A stretch of 63,885 nt of DNA, the filler included, from Octopus bimaculoides (taxonomy: Eukaryota): assembly GCF_001194135.2 (NCBI RefSeq). It is 7 parts of 6 records of this genome, joined end to end, with 100 filler letters (N's around TTAATTAATTAA, not from the genome) between each part and the next. Parts side by side here need not be neighbours in the genome. Positions count along the whole stretch, not along the records: positions 33,668 to 42,766 come from NC_068993.1; positions 42,867 to 54,122 come from NC_068989.1; 5 more parts are not named here. One strand, written 5' to 3'. Each line of letters begins with the position of its first letter. Positions within the stretch are counted from its first letter, which is position 1. The notes under the pieces are model-generated. The model saw only the letters and a list, made by a program, of their open reading frames with translations. It was not told the DNA's origin and did no database searches. Below, in pieces: positions 35,938 through 49,094 of this stretch. The position numbers were made by a program, and so were the translations under genes.

Positions 35938-36704
35938 GTAAGTGAAGTTATATTTTGAAAACATCTAAATGTAATTGCTACTGCTTTGAATAACAGATGC
36001 AAACGGTTTTTATATATTATCTAAATTGTCTTTCTAGATTCAACACATAATTCAGTAATGCATTCTTTTAATTTCTATCAAACAATGCAAAAGCTGACAT
36101 AATGGAGAGTCATACACGTATGATACATCAATACTGCATTTGCTGTTGTACTTTGCTGTTTAAATTGATGTCTTGCAAGTAACTCGCACATGCAAGTGCT
36201 ACCAGTCGAGAACTCCGCATACCGGAAGCCAGCGAGTGAATGGGGTCATTAGGAGAGAATGATCTAGCACCGGCCCCGCTTGCTAGATCAACTGGTTATT
36301 AAAAACAAAGCTCAATATTTCTTTAGCCATCGCTCATCGTCTCTTTTTAACCAAATCCAGTGGCTAGCCTTCTCCACTGTATTTTGCATATCACTCATGG
36401 TGGTATTTACCTTATGATAAGTTAGGCCTAACGATAACAGCAGTCGTCTCACACTGTGTCCTACAAACCCTCTACATCCAACTTCGAATACATTGGAGAA
36501 TGTATTGGAGAATACATTGCTTTCCATTCCTCCAAGTTCAATTATTATAATCTTTTACAAAATGAAATCCAGCAATGTGTATGTGTGGGTGTATATGTAT
36601 GTACAAAACTGTGTATATTTCAACCATATTAGAAGTCATTATTAACATCATGCGAGTGTGTGTGTGTAGGTGGGTGTAGGTATATAAAGATGTATATTTC
36701 CTCA

Positions 36705-37151
36705 TCATCATCATCGTTTGACGTCAGCCTTCCATGCTGGCATGGGTAGAACGCTTCGACAGGAGCTAGCCAGGCAGAAGCCTGCACCAGATTTCTGTGT
36801 CTGTTTTGGCAGGATTTTTTCAGCTGGATGCCCTTCCTAACACCAACCACCCAGCAGAGTGGACTGGGTGCTTTTTACGTGGTACAAGCACAATCGAGGT
36901 CAGTTTTGGCAAGGTTTTTACAGTTGGATGCCCTTCCAAACGCCAACCACTTTACAGTGTGAACTGGATGCTTTTTAAGTGACACCTGAACTGACAGGGT
37001 CACCAAGTAACTTACAAGACAAAAAAATCTTTTGAGATGGGAGGGGGCATTGGAGGAGGTGATCTTGTGTCAGATGATGAAAGGTTATAGTGAGACAAAG
37101 AGACAGAAACAGGTGTCTTGTTGTAGAGGAGTACAAGGCTACCCCGCTGGA

Positions 37152-37207
<56 letters not shown>

Positions 37208-38945
37208 AAGTGGGAGACAGCAGGATAGAGATGGTGGTAAAGTGCCAAGAATACTCACAAAGGACGGAGATCAGAATATAAATGGGATGGTCGAGTAAAA
37301 GAAGGTATAGATGGTGGCAAGTGCCAGGGCATATCCTTGAGGTTCAAACGTCATAATATAAGTGGCAGACATTACCAAAGAAGCGTTATTAGAGAGTAGT
37401 GAGTGGTGAAAAACCTGGGATATAGAGTGGAGGGGTCTACTGGATAGCAATGATACAGGGAAACAGAGCCGTGAGGACAGGCTTGGGGAGTGGGAGGTGA
37501 GCATAGTGCATGATGGAGGAAATGTGAGGAAGAGAAGATATGTAGTTTGGTTTATGTGAGAAGTTTTCTTGTTACGTGTGGATGGAACACACAGTACTTC
37601 TAGAACTCAGTTTCGCTGATGTGGGCGAGTCTTCTCAAGAACCTCATATTGTCAGACATCTCGGTCCATTGTCATTTCTTCCATGAGGCCCAACATCCTG
37701 AGATTTCTTTTCGAATTCTGCTAAAGATTCAGCAATAAGAGCAAGGTTATCCGCATATAGCAATTCTCATAAGCATCCAGTTTTGAATTCCTCTGTTATG
37801 GCCTGGAGGATATAATGAATAAGAGCGGGCTGAGAACTGAGCCTTGATGAACCTCTACTTGTACGCTAGATTCATCACTGTATTCATGGCCAACTTTCAC
37901 CTTAATGACAGCACCACTGTACATGGCTTGTACAGCTTTAACAATCCACTCCTCTACTCCTAACTTCCTTAGAGACCACCAGATAACAGCAGGGAACTAT
38001 GTTGAAAGCTTTCTCCGCGTCGATGAAGGCTAAGTACAATGACTTTCTTTTGGACAAGTACTTTTCCTGTCTCACTAGGAAGTTGACATCTGTGGTACTC
38101 TTCCCAGGTACAAAATCTAACTGCATCTCATCTAGTTTAATTCTATTCCTAATCAATTGAGCTATAACCCACTCAGTAACTTTTATGACTGGTCAAGCAG
38201 TTTGGTACCTTTGTAGTTGTTTCTATCTTAGGCATCACCTTTACCCTTGTAGCAGCTAACTATGATACTACTACACCAGTCATTGAGGAAGGTGCCTTCC
38301 TAAATAATTTGATTAACTATACTGGTGACTAAAGCTGTATCCTACACCACCGGAAATTTTAATAATCTTGGCAGTGATTCCTGATGGCCCAAGGGCTTTC
38401 AACTCTGATGGCTGGTCCCTCAATTGGTTTTTAATATTTGGTAGACTCGCCTTCTCCCATTCATTTTCCACTTTTAGTAACCTTTAATAGTGACACTTCC
38501 ATATATCTTTTTTCTCTGAGTCACTAAGTGCAAGCATATCATTATCCATTCGCACACATTTCTCACCCACCGCATCTCTATTCTCTCTGATACCTGCTTT
38601 GCAATACTAAACACCTCACATCGCTGATCCTCCCGCTATACAACATTTACAAATCTCTTACCTTCTGCTATGTAAACTTGTCGCCTCGCTGCCCTTCTGA
38701 CTACCTGATATAATTCTTTACTTCCACCCCTTTTCCAGTCTTTCCAGGTCTGTCAGTTTGCTTTTATAGCACCTTCTACCTCCTTGTTCCACCACCATGT
38801 CACCCTTGGTCTAGCTAGGATTCTGTACCAACCACAGATTTCGTCTGTAGCCCTCAGTAGATTGTCCCGCAAGAACTTCCAATTGTCCTCTAAGCTATAT
38901 GTCCCCAACTCTTCCTCTCTTTCGTCAGAAACTTCCATTAGTAAA
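36705..38945 (-). mobile_element. RTE-like LINE-derived composite (decayed RT fragments)
   Basis: KLDEMQLDFVPGKSTTDVNFLVRQ, YLAFIDAEKAFNIVP and RVTWWWNKEVEGAIK fragments; (CAT)n-tailed 3' region near 36705. Confidence 0.85.
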
Positions 38946-39399
38946 TATCATTGTGCCAACATTAATAATAGCGGCCCCGAGATTAAGTACTTGGGAGTGA
39001 TGGTGAGAAGGCTGTTGTAGAACTTTCGTCATCACCTGAAAAGAAGATCTGTGCAAATGCTTGCCAGCGAGATTAGTGCTTTGGTACAGAGTTTATTCTG
39101 TGAATTGCAATGAATCACAGTTTCCTCCATTTTCTACAATATCTAGAGCAAGAACTAACAGATGAAGTAGGTGTGAGAATAGGAAATAGAGGTTGACCAG
39201 AAAGAGAGGATAGGGTGGCTACATAGGACGGTTTAAGTATTATATGTCTAAATATTTATATATGAGGTACCTTTAACAGTATACGACACGCATCCGGGCG
39301 CTTGCATGAAGGTATAAGGGTATAAGCAAAATATGTACTCCCACACACACAGTACAGAAGGAGTATATGAGTCGCCAGGTGAAACAGTTCATGTACGGA

Positions 39400-39812
39400 T
39401 TAAAATGATGTGGGGGAGGAGACATAACAGATGTGCAAAAATGGACGTTGTGTACCGACTGTATGTGTACCGACTGTACCGTTGTGTATGTGAATAAAGG
39501 TTATATAAGGATGTTGAACAAAACATCCATGTTTCCAGAGGTGAATTATCAACACCACAAAGAACTCCTCTCAACACACGGCTATGATGTTCCCCCACTA
39601 CTTCTGCTCGTGATCAGAGATGCACATATCATCAGCCACTAAGGTACTCAACTGGTTACGGTCAAACAACTGACAAGCAAATCTGTGGTATTGAGTAGAA
39701 TATTTACTGTAGCCCATCTTTTTTACCAAAACAAAACAATGTACATGATAACGCTTCAAGTCAGTTAAGATGAGAAGCCATGAGAGTTACTGTCTGGTAC
39801 TGCATCAGGGCA
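39400..39812. mobile_element. Interspersed repeat, probably SINE or MITE
   Basis: GC-richer block with SINE-core-like sequence; family not resolved. Confidence 0.4.
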
Positions 39813-40068
39813 TTTATTATCATTATTATTATTGTTGCTGTCGTTGTTGTTATCCTTAGTTATTAATACCAAATTATATATACACTCATACATGTACACA
39901 CATTTATACATCAAAACATACATAAATTTATATAATACTATAATACATTATATATATATCAATTGCATATTTTTGAGTGCGGTGAATTTTGAATGATTAT
40001 ATAAGGGCTTTAAATTTATGACAATATCCAAATTGTATATAAAGCTGAGTATTTAATAAATCTAACAG

Positions 40069-40202
40069 ATTATCTGGGCTGTTTTATTGATACAAAATTG
40101 GCAAGAACTCTGGTGAGCAAGCCATGGACCACGTCAAATATGACTATTGAAAAGTGTAGAAAAGTATGTGGCAAGTGGAAGAATGTTTTTGCTGGTGTGC
40201 AG
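40069..40202 (+). CDS. Tandem-WSC protein exon: WSC2 N-half (DYLGCFIDTKLARTLVSKPWTTSNMTIEKCRKVCGKWKNVFAGVQ)
   Basis: CTAACAG acceptor, CAG|GTAAGT donor, 134 nt (phase 1 to 0); YLGCF.D, MT.E.C...C and AGVQ WSC motifs. Confidence 0.93.
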
Positions 40203-40998
40203 GTAAGTAATGTCGAATTAATTATTTTTAACCAAGAGTCCCAACTTTCCTGTGGCTATTAATCCATGAAATAGATTGACTGACATTAAGACTATTATCC
40301 GATTCTTACCCACAATCGTTGATCTAGCTGAGCAACAGAGGAAAAATCTTGAATGAACTAAAATAAAGAGCAATCTTTGTACAAAGTGCAGCTTCGTGCT
40401 ACACGAAAATTTTGTTCACATGCAGAAAGATATACACATGCACACATTTATACATATAAACACTTAAGCAACATTGTAATCCACAGAGAAGTTGATGTAA
40501 GTCAATGGGATGCTTATAAAAATGTACTTTTGGGAAAAAGTAAGTTTAAATCTAATAGGTTTAAAAGTCTATATAGTTATTTTGACTATATAGTTATTAT
40601 AACTGTGTCTGTTGTTTTGTGCAACAACATATCAAAAGAAAAACAAAAACAGGCCATTGTAGAAATTGTACTCTATATCAGAAAATTTTCCCAAATGTCA
40701 ACCACATCTTCGACTGTATGTGAACCCAATCTTCATCATAAACAAGTTTGATATATGACGCTCAAAATATTTCTAGTAAATATGGGGACAACAGTGGAGC
40801 AGAAATAAATTCCCAGTGAGCCAGGCCTAAAGACCAGCGTGTGTTTATATCTACTAACGCCTTTTCATTTACTTATCTGAAAATTTAAACCTTCAGATAT
40901 AAGCAAAATATAAAAATGCATATTGTTCTTTTAGTTCTTTTTGTTTGTGTTGTTTCTCTTGTAATTCCTGAGAAAAAGCACTTCTTGTCGCACATCAG

Positions 40999-41134
40999 GG
41001 TGGCAGATACTGTAACTGCGGAAACAGTTACGACAAAAATAGTGAAGTTGGTGGAGACAAATGTTTTTATGGATGTCCTGGTAATAAAGAAGAGTTCTGT
41101 GGAGGTCTATCTGCCATCTCGCTTTATCTTTCAA
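40999..41134 (+). CDS. Tandem-WSC protein exon: WSC2 C-half (GGRYCNCGNSYDKNSEVGGDKCFYGCPGNKEEFCGGLSAISLYLS)
   Basis: CATCAG acceptor, A|GTGAGT donor, 136 nt; same length and phases as the paralogous exon 34783-34918. Confidence 0.93.
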
Positions 41135-41215
41135 GTGAGTAATTCTAATTAAATATTTATATTCTCCACGACAGTCAGTTTAAAATTTGCTTCGTCTGAA
41201 AATTTAAATCTCCAG

Positions 41216-41337
41216 ATGTAAAACCATACAACAATGCTAGAGTTGTTTGTAATTGTACATACTATTCCTCCGGATATTACAGTTATTGGAATAGTCGATA
41301 TCAAAGCCAGTTAATATATTACACGTGCCAATGCTAG
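41216..41337 (+). CDS. Tandem-WSC protein probable terminal exon (NVKPYNNARVVCNCTYYSSGYYSYWNSRYQSQLIYYTCQC*)
   Basis: 81-nt intron, CTCCAG acceptor, phase-1 join, open to TAG at 41335-41337. Confidence 0.7.
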
Positions 41338-41622
41338 GCGCCACAGGTGTTCAATATCAACCAATATTCTGCTGAAACATGTATGGCTAGGCTGTATATA
41401 CTAGTGGTCAAGATAATACATGGGCAAATGTAGGTGTATAGACAAATAGAGTATTCGGATATTTTTTTATCATTCAATTAGAGCTATAATTATACGAAAA
41501 TATAATGCTAAGTTGTGTTGCATCAAATTGTCGCTTCCACTGAAGTGGTTGAAAGTTCGAGATTTCTTGTATGTGCAAAACATCCCTAATTTCGTTTAAC
41601 AAGTAATTTGTTATTGTTACCG

Positions 41623-41628
41623 AATAAA
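41623..41628 (+). promoter_or_regulatory. Candidate polyadenylation signal of the WSC gene
   Basis: AATAAA about 290 nt after the stop codon; AT-rich context makes a chance match likely. Confidence 0.3.
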
Positions 41629-41644
41629 ATAATAATACAGTTCT

Positions 41645-41819
41645 ATATTTAAGAGATGAGGAATTATGTACATCATTTACATTATTTACATTTGACGGAT
41701 ATTTGTCCTCATCTTGTTTGTTGTTAACACAACGTTTCCACTGATATACCCTCCAGCCTTCATCAGGTGTCTTGGGGGAAACTTCGAACCTGGGTTCTCA
41801 TTCCTAAGGTATTTTTCGA

Positions 41820-41854
<35 letters not shown>

Positions 41855-41935
41855 CATTGCCTGGAATCGAACTCGGAATCTTGGGGTTAGTAGCCCGCGA
41901 TTTTAACCACTACATCATATGCCCGTGGCTATGGA
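41645..41935 (-). mobile_element. Penelope-type terminal repeat plus tRNA-SINE head
   Basis: Contains a CTGATGA...GAAAC motif on the minus strand; tRNA-like GGAATCGAACTCGGAATC head at about 41850-41930. Confidence 0.55.
41726..41771 (-). ncRNA. Minimal type I hammerhead ribozyme-like motif
   Basis: GACAC-CTGATGA-AGGCTG(GAGGGTATAT)CAGTG-GAAA-CG-TT-GTGTT; stem I GACAC/GTGTT, stem II partly mismatched. Confidence 0.5.
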
Positions 41936-42176
41936 GTGAATTTTTGGGCTTATAAACCTAATACTTTTCTTTCCTTCCTTAATACCGGCTCCCATATGCT
42001 ATTCATATCTGCACTCGGTCTGCTTGGAAAACAGTAAGAAAGTTGTCAAAGATCATGATCAAGAACAAGGATCACTTTACACCAATGAAGTATAGACAAC
42101 TGACTCAACACTACAATAAACTACCACATGTACGGTCTCCCTAAGATTCACAAGGATGGTATTCCATTAAGACCTA

Positions 42177-42766
42177 TTGAAGAGAGGTAAAATCAAATGT
42201 ATGGACGGACTAACGATACCGTCGGGGGAGGTTATGAAGCAGATAGAAGATACGGGCTATAAGTACTTGGGGATTTTGGAAAATGATAAATTTATGGAGA
42301 AAGAAATGACAGAGAAATTTAAGGTGGAGTGCTTGCGCAGACTGAGACTGATCCTTAAGTCCAAATTAAACGGATGGAATAAGATCGAAGCTATCAACAT
42401 CTGGGTGGTTTCACTCCTTAGATATGGAGCAGGGATAGGGTGCACCACCCTAAGGCAGATATAGAACGTCTTTATCTGCCAAGAAAAGAGGGAGGCCGAG
42501 GACTTCTACAGCTGGCATTATCAATGAAGGTAGCCACAATTGGCCTAGACACCTATCTGAAAAACTCTGAGGACTGGATGCTAAAACTTGTCTTAAAACA
42601 TGAAAGCAAGAAAGCATCTTACTCAGTAACAAAACAGGCAAAGGAATATCTAAGTGAATACCAATTGCAACAAATTCACGAATTAGACGAACAAGAAACA
42701 CCTGCAGAAAAAGCTAAGCACCTGAAAACCCGTGCTAAAATTGCTGCCTTAGATATTATGACTGAA
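42177..42766 (+). mobile_element. R4/Dong-clade LINE, post-RT fragment
   Basis: YKYLGILE; LKSKLNGWNKIEAIN; LLRYGAGI; HHPKADIERLYLPRKEGGRGL. Confidence 0.9.
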
Positions 42767-45700
42767 NNNNNNNNNNNNNNNNNNNNNNNNNNNNNNNNNN
42801 NNNNNNNNNNTTAATTAATTAANNNNNNNNNNNNNNNNNNNNNNNNNNNNNNNNNNNNNNNNNNNNTATATATATATATATATATATGTGTATATACATA
42901 TTATATATACACACAAATATATGTATATATATTATTGCATGATTATATATGTCTATTGTTAAAAGACAAACGTTGTGGCAATGTTTTGGCAGCATAAGCA
43001 AATGTACATTATATTTAGAAACGACTAAACTAAAGTCTCATTATGCCTCTATATACCATATTGTTACAGCATCTTGGCGTTAGCATATTCTAAGTTAGTT
43101 GGAGATTCATAGAATTTTCAAAATTTGTTTTCCTGACAATTTAAACTGGACAATCAGATGTAGTTATAACTTTGTTGCTACATTGTTATCTCCCGGTGTA
43201 TTTTCTTTGCATTGGAAATCGATCAATTATACGATGAATACTTTCTTTATAAACACTTCAAATTCGAAAATTCTCACTAAAGCGAAGTAAATTATAGATA
43301 TAATATATAACTTCATATTGCCATCCAGTATATTTAAGAAAGGTGGCTGAGACAGGCCAAATTCTTGTGGCTAAATAAACTAATACGAATAATATGTTGT
43401 ACTATTGTTATGCCAGGGTAATTCAATGAAATGTCTGTTGTGTTTCTTAATACCCATCAGTAGTTGTCCCTCAAGCAGGGGTTTTTATTTATCGTTACTT
43501 ATTTTGTTATCTTGTAATGTTAATGTTATTTAAAATTGCCTGGTTCAGAATGTGAACTTATTGTCATTGTTAATTTTACCATTTATACAAAAAGTAAATA
43601 TCCAGGTGATTGTTGTTTCTTGTTTTCTTCTGGTTTTGCGTTTGTACCACCGTCAATATCTTTGTCCGTGTGTTCACTAAAAGATGTCATTGTCGTCATT
43701 CTCTTCTTCACCTTCTCCTCCCTTCCTTATCATCATCATGTTCATGGACATCATTATGATGTAGGGGTCATGGTGTGTTAATTGTTATGACTTAAAGTCT
43801 CTAAGACAAATGTGAATACATATAGCTACGTTTCTCTCAACTGGTAGTCTGATGAATGTGGTGACTTGTTTATTGCAATTTTCACAGGTTTGGCAGATTT
43901 TTTCATGTATTCTGCTGGATCTTAAACCATTGCTGTTTTCGCGTGTAGTTAAGAACTATGCAGTGATGTCTGTACCATTGAATTGTTTTTTTTGTTTCAT
44001 TTTTTTCACGAGTCCTTGTGGATTGAAAGTACAATATCCGCAGGATATCGTATAATCTTTCAAACCTCTTTATCGAGAATATATNNNNNNNNNNATATAT
44101 ATATATATATATATACTAGAACTGTTGCGTCTGACATCCACGAGATGCATCTCACATACATCATTTATTCTTCCTTGATATGTTGCTCTAAGGAGAGACC
44201 ACACGTAATACAAGTTCGAGAATCGATGGTCTTAAATCACAATTATCAGCTTTCTGTCGCTTCTTCTATTTGTAAGTCTGCGACCGAGGTGTGGTTCTAT
44301 TATCTGTAGCTCTTTCATACAATAGTTTTGCATGATGTCTATGGAGTAGTTTCAGCTTCCAGAGAAATACCACATATGTATTGTATTTGCTTTTAGAACA
44401 GCTTTTGCAGCTCTCTCAAATACGTACTTATATTACTATATTTTGTTTTTTCTTTTGAAAGTACTTTTTCTATTGAAAGTACTTTACATTATTTGCATTC
44501 ACTTCCAAGGAGTAATTTTTTTTTTCATCGTGTTAGGCAAGTGTATTTTACATTTCATTATATATTAATTCGGATATATATTTTGTAGTTTCACTTTAAT
44601 ATTATCTAGATCATTCTATACGTCTCCATTAGAGTATTATATAATTTCCCTGTTTAAGTGGATCTTTATCGTCTTGGATTCGTGGTGAACGCAAAAATAA
44701 TTTGTTGAAATGTATGTGGTATCTTTGAAAAGCAGTGAAGCCTTTTAAATTAGTTTTCTCGTCTACGTTTTACTATTTTTGTTTAGTATGCCTTGAACAA
44801 AACAGTCTACTGACAAAAATTTATCTACTTTTTGATGATTTCCACCACAACATCACACAGATTCCTATGCCACCATTATGAACTTCGAACCAGCTTCTAT
44901 CGATTAATAGTAAACCTAAGATATATTAATTTATTATTATCCTTTGAAAACTATTAACAATTACTAGCCGTGTAAATTTATTTCATTTATAAGTTTTAGT
45001 ATTTCCACAATAGGCGCGCTCTGTCCCTGTTTAATGCATATCCCTGGGAAAATGTTCCATACATGTTAAATATTTGATTATAAATTTCCTTTCCACCCTA
45101 CACCCTGATCTCACATTTGCAATCTCAGCACAGATGCCCTTTGCAAACAACTGCAAATCTTTCTCTTATCCCATCCTACGAACAAGCAATCCAATTATAT
45201 GCGCTTTATGCTAAGTCAAGCAATATAATGTGATGTACAATATATTTACACAGAATCATATAACGACCAACGTGTATTCCCACAGCCTTCATTATGCAAC
45301 TTAAACAATGCAATGACTATTTATAACCTCGACACCATTTCAAAAGATCATATCGATCTGCTATACGCATTACATTTCGGTTGCTGCAATCTAAACAATA
45401 TTATATAATATTCTAAATGTTGATTTTTCATAGTCTTTTACATAAGGAAATTTCGAAATATTTGCATGCGATCTTGATCTCGTTTTATTACTTTTATGGC
45501 GTCCATACGATGAAATCATTCACACATGACTATTGAATAATATATGAACTATTGGATACTTTGGTATGAATATAAATTTATGTTTACATATGCATGCATA
45601 CTGACATATGCACACAGTACTACAATACCTACACACGCATACACTGGCACACACAAACACATACATACGCATACATACTGAAACGAACTAACACACACAC

Positions 45701-45949
45701 ACATACACGCGCGCGCATGAGTATGTAGCTGTGCGCGTTTGTATATGTTTATGTGTATATGAATGTATATGTAGTTTCATTGTGTATAATTATATATACA
45801 TCATGTTATTCAGTTATGCAACAAATGCACTTTCGAAAATACGTCATACATTCTCAATGTGATACTAAAATGATTAGAGATATTTTGTCCGAGGAAGAAA
45901 TTCATTAGCATATTGGCATATATTTATATCAGATCAGCGATTTTATGAG

Positions 45950-47869
45950 ACGTGCCACTTGTAATCATTCATATAAGTCAATACAAAAGTCGATTAGTCG
46001 CATCGTCCGACACTTGCCCAACAACCCCTCTGAGCTTGCTTTGGAAGAGGATTCTTTAAGAAGAAACTTTTGGATACAAAACTTGATAAAAAAATGCATG
46101 GAGCTTGGAATAATCAACAGACATCCAATACAAACTACGTATTCTGCAGCAGCCACAAATGGACCGGCTTATACCACATTAATAACAGCTGCTTTGCAGC
46201 TTTTACTGTGTTGCAGAATCGATATATCGTGGTCTGTTTTTGTTTGCTGTGCATGATACATATCAGTGGGAAATGCAGTTAGCAAATCCTATAGTCTACT
46301 ATATCTGCTGCAAGCAGTGCTATAAATTTGCGTTGATATGCAAACCACTTCTTCGTCGGCTCTGGTATACCAATGATACTGCTGGTTGTTTTATGCCCCG
46401 AAAATATGTGAAAACTTCAGTGGGAAACAAATAACACAAGTCAATTTCAAAAATAACTTAGACTGATATCATATAGATAAGTGCTTATCGCCCGTATGTG
46501 ACCAAAGCACTCATAGAATTTATACTTGATAGCTATAACATCGTTGTAACTGTTCCTTGGAAGACCAGATATGTGAATAAATGTATAAAGTATACGCAGA
46601 AGAAATAAATTCCGTAAACCGAATTGAGGGCAATATATACTGAGCAATTCATTCTATTATGAAGATCGTTGAAAGAGATATAATAATGCAAGCATGTAAA
46701 AAATATAAATGTATGTATAATGAGGCAGGTAGAGAATAGCATGCGTCCCATATGCAACGATAACGTTACTCGGAACCTCATCCTTGAGAAAGAGATGCTT
46801 TTTAACATATTTAGTTGCAACAGCCCTTCCAAAGAACGGTTTTGTGGAAGGATAATACATTGCAAACTCCGGCAGAGATGTAGATAAATGGCTGAACTTA
46901 ATGTAAGCCGGAAGAAAAAAGCATGACACGAACAGAAAGCTTTGGAAAATTTCAGTTCACTTCTGAAACTATAATATGTGCCACTTCGTGCCATTTCGTG
47001 GCATTCACTAATGATATATACCATGAGATGTTTTTAGGTGCATATACCTGCGTCGGTGTATGTGCAAGCGTGTAATGACGTTTACTTGTTTCTATGATGT
47101 GCGTGGTGTATCTACTAAATATAGTGATTAAATTTAAATGTTTAACGTAATAAATTTTAGTTACATTTGTTATATTCAGCTGTTCAGACACTGATAACTT
47201 TGTCCAAGAAGATTTAAAAGTGCACTCGATGAAGGAACAATGATCTCCCCCCTTCTTTTATTTAATCACCATTTCTCATTGTACGTCGCTGTTTTAAAGT
47301 AGCGTTTCCCTTAAGGAATGGCTGGTTTACATACGTCTGTTTCTCGCTATGTTTATGTTTGATCGAACTTATTAGTTTTATTGAAACTATCATTGTTCAT
47401 GCATCACTGGTGTTATTTAGGAACAAACTTTAATTGTTAGTTACTTGCCATTTTGATGTGTATCAAATATCTCTCGTAATAGCAAAAAAAAAACGGCGCT
47501 AATTTTATTGAAGGATAACAACAATAACAGTAGTACAAAGAGGATGCTACAATAAGAAAACAAATACGCACTGCAGGGAAATACACAAATAAAATATCAA
47601 AGAACAAGTCAGTTGAAGGATTGCAAGGAATGCCAATTTCGATGTCTTTGCCAGGAGGTGATCATGGAGACTCTTCGTCAATGTTCCGTAACCCTGCAAA
47701 GCTTACAGATTTCCTGCTGAATCGAAATCTCTCTGTTGCTTTGATGGAACCTTAAGACGTGACAATGTTCGCAATCTCATCTCAAATCACATATCACATC
47801 CTACTACATTCGCCAATGTCTTCCGATATATTGCAAACTAATACTATATATATGTGTTTAGGGGTATGA

Positions 47870-47922
<53 letters not shown>

Positions 47923-49036
47923 TGTGTGTGTGTGTGTGTGCATGTGTGTGTCTGTTTGTCTGTGCCTGTATGTGTATGTGTATGTGTGTATGGAGGCGGT
48001 GCGTGTTGCTAGATATGCATATCACAACAATTTCACAGCTTCTGAAAAACAAACATGATATATAGTAGCGCAAAACCGCCCAAAGGGAAGTGTTTCTGCG
48101 AGTGACTTCATATTGCTGCGATATTTCTTTTATATACGGTTGCGGTGAATAAACTATCTTCTAAATTACGCAGAAATGAAAATAACATTTACATCTCATA
48201 TTTACAGATATATTTACCAAAATTACATACAAATTTGAAATATTAAGGAGTAAATTTATTCAATAAATTCGGCATTGGCTTCAACCACGGTCTCGATACT
48301 ACTTTGGAATCTCCTGCAACACACAAGAGAGTTAAGAAGAAGGGGAGATAACAAAGTAGTAGTGATCCCAAAACGAAGGTGCTTGTGTGTGATAGAATGC
48401 TGGTGATCTTCACGTATGTATATATGTATGTATGCAAGTGTGAAAATGTGGGGATGGGAATTGGTCAGTGCTGGTGTGTGTGTGGTGTTGTGTTGTGATG
48501 TGATGGGTTGTGTGGTATAGTGTAGCGTGATGTGGTATGATGGTGTTGTGTGGTGGGGGAGGCGAGAGTGGGGAAAGCACGGGTGGGGAGTTGGTTAGGC
48601 TGAGGGTGGGGGTAGAGGTGGGGTATGTGGGTAGGCAAAGGTTGGGGTACGTGGGTAGGCAGAGAGTTGGGGTAGAGGGTGGGGGTATATGTGTATTAAG
48701 TTGCGTGATCGGGGAAAAGTATGGGTTCAATGGAGATAAAAATCTGTTTATAATGTTGATCATATGATGTCATACTTCATAACGTAAATATGAAAGGTAG
48801 CATGCCAATGCGATGCGTGTAGATAGGAATGTGTGCCTCTGGCTGTACCCTTGAAGAAACAATTCATGTTATATAATCCAAAAGAGACAAAAAAAACTTG
48901 GCAAAGTGTGCAAAATTATATGTAAAAGTAAATTGAATTGAGGAAGAATGAAAACAGTTATAAGGCACACAATGTTTTGAATACAGAATTAGAATAAAAA
49001 CACACTCACTCTCGCAGTCACACACACACACATTCA

Positions 49037-49094
<58 letters not shown>

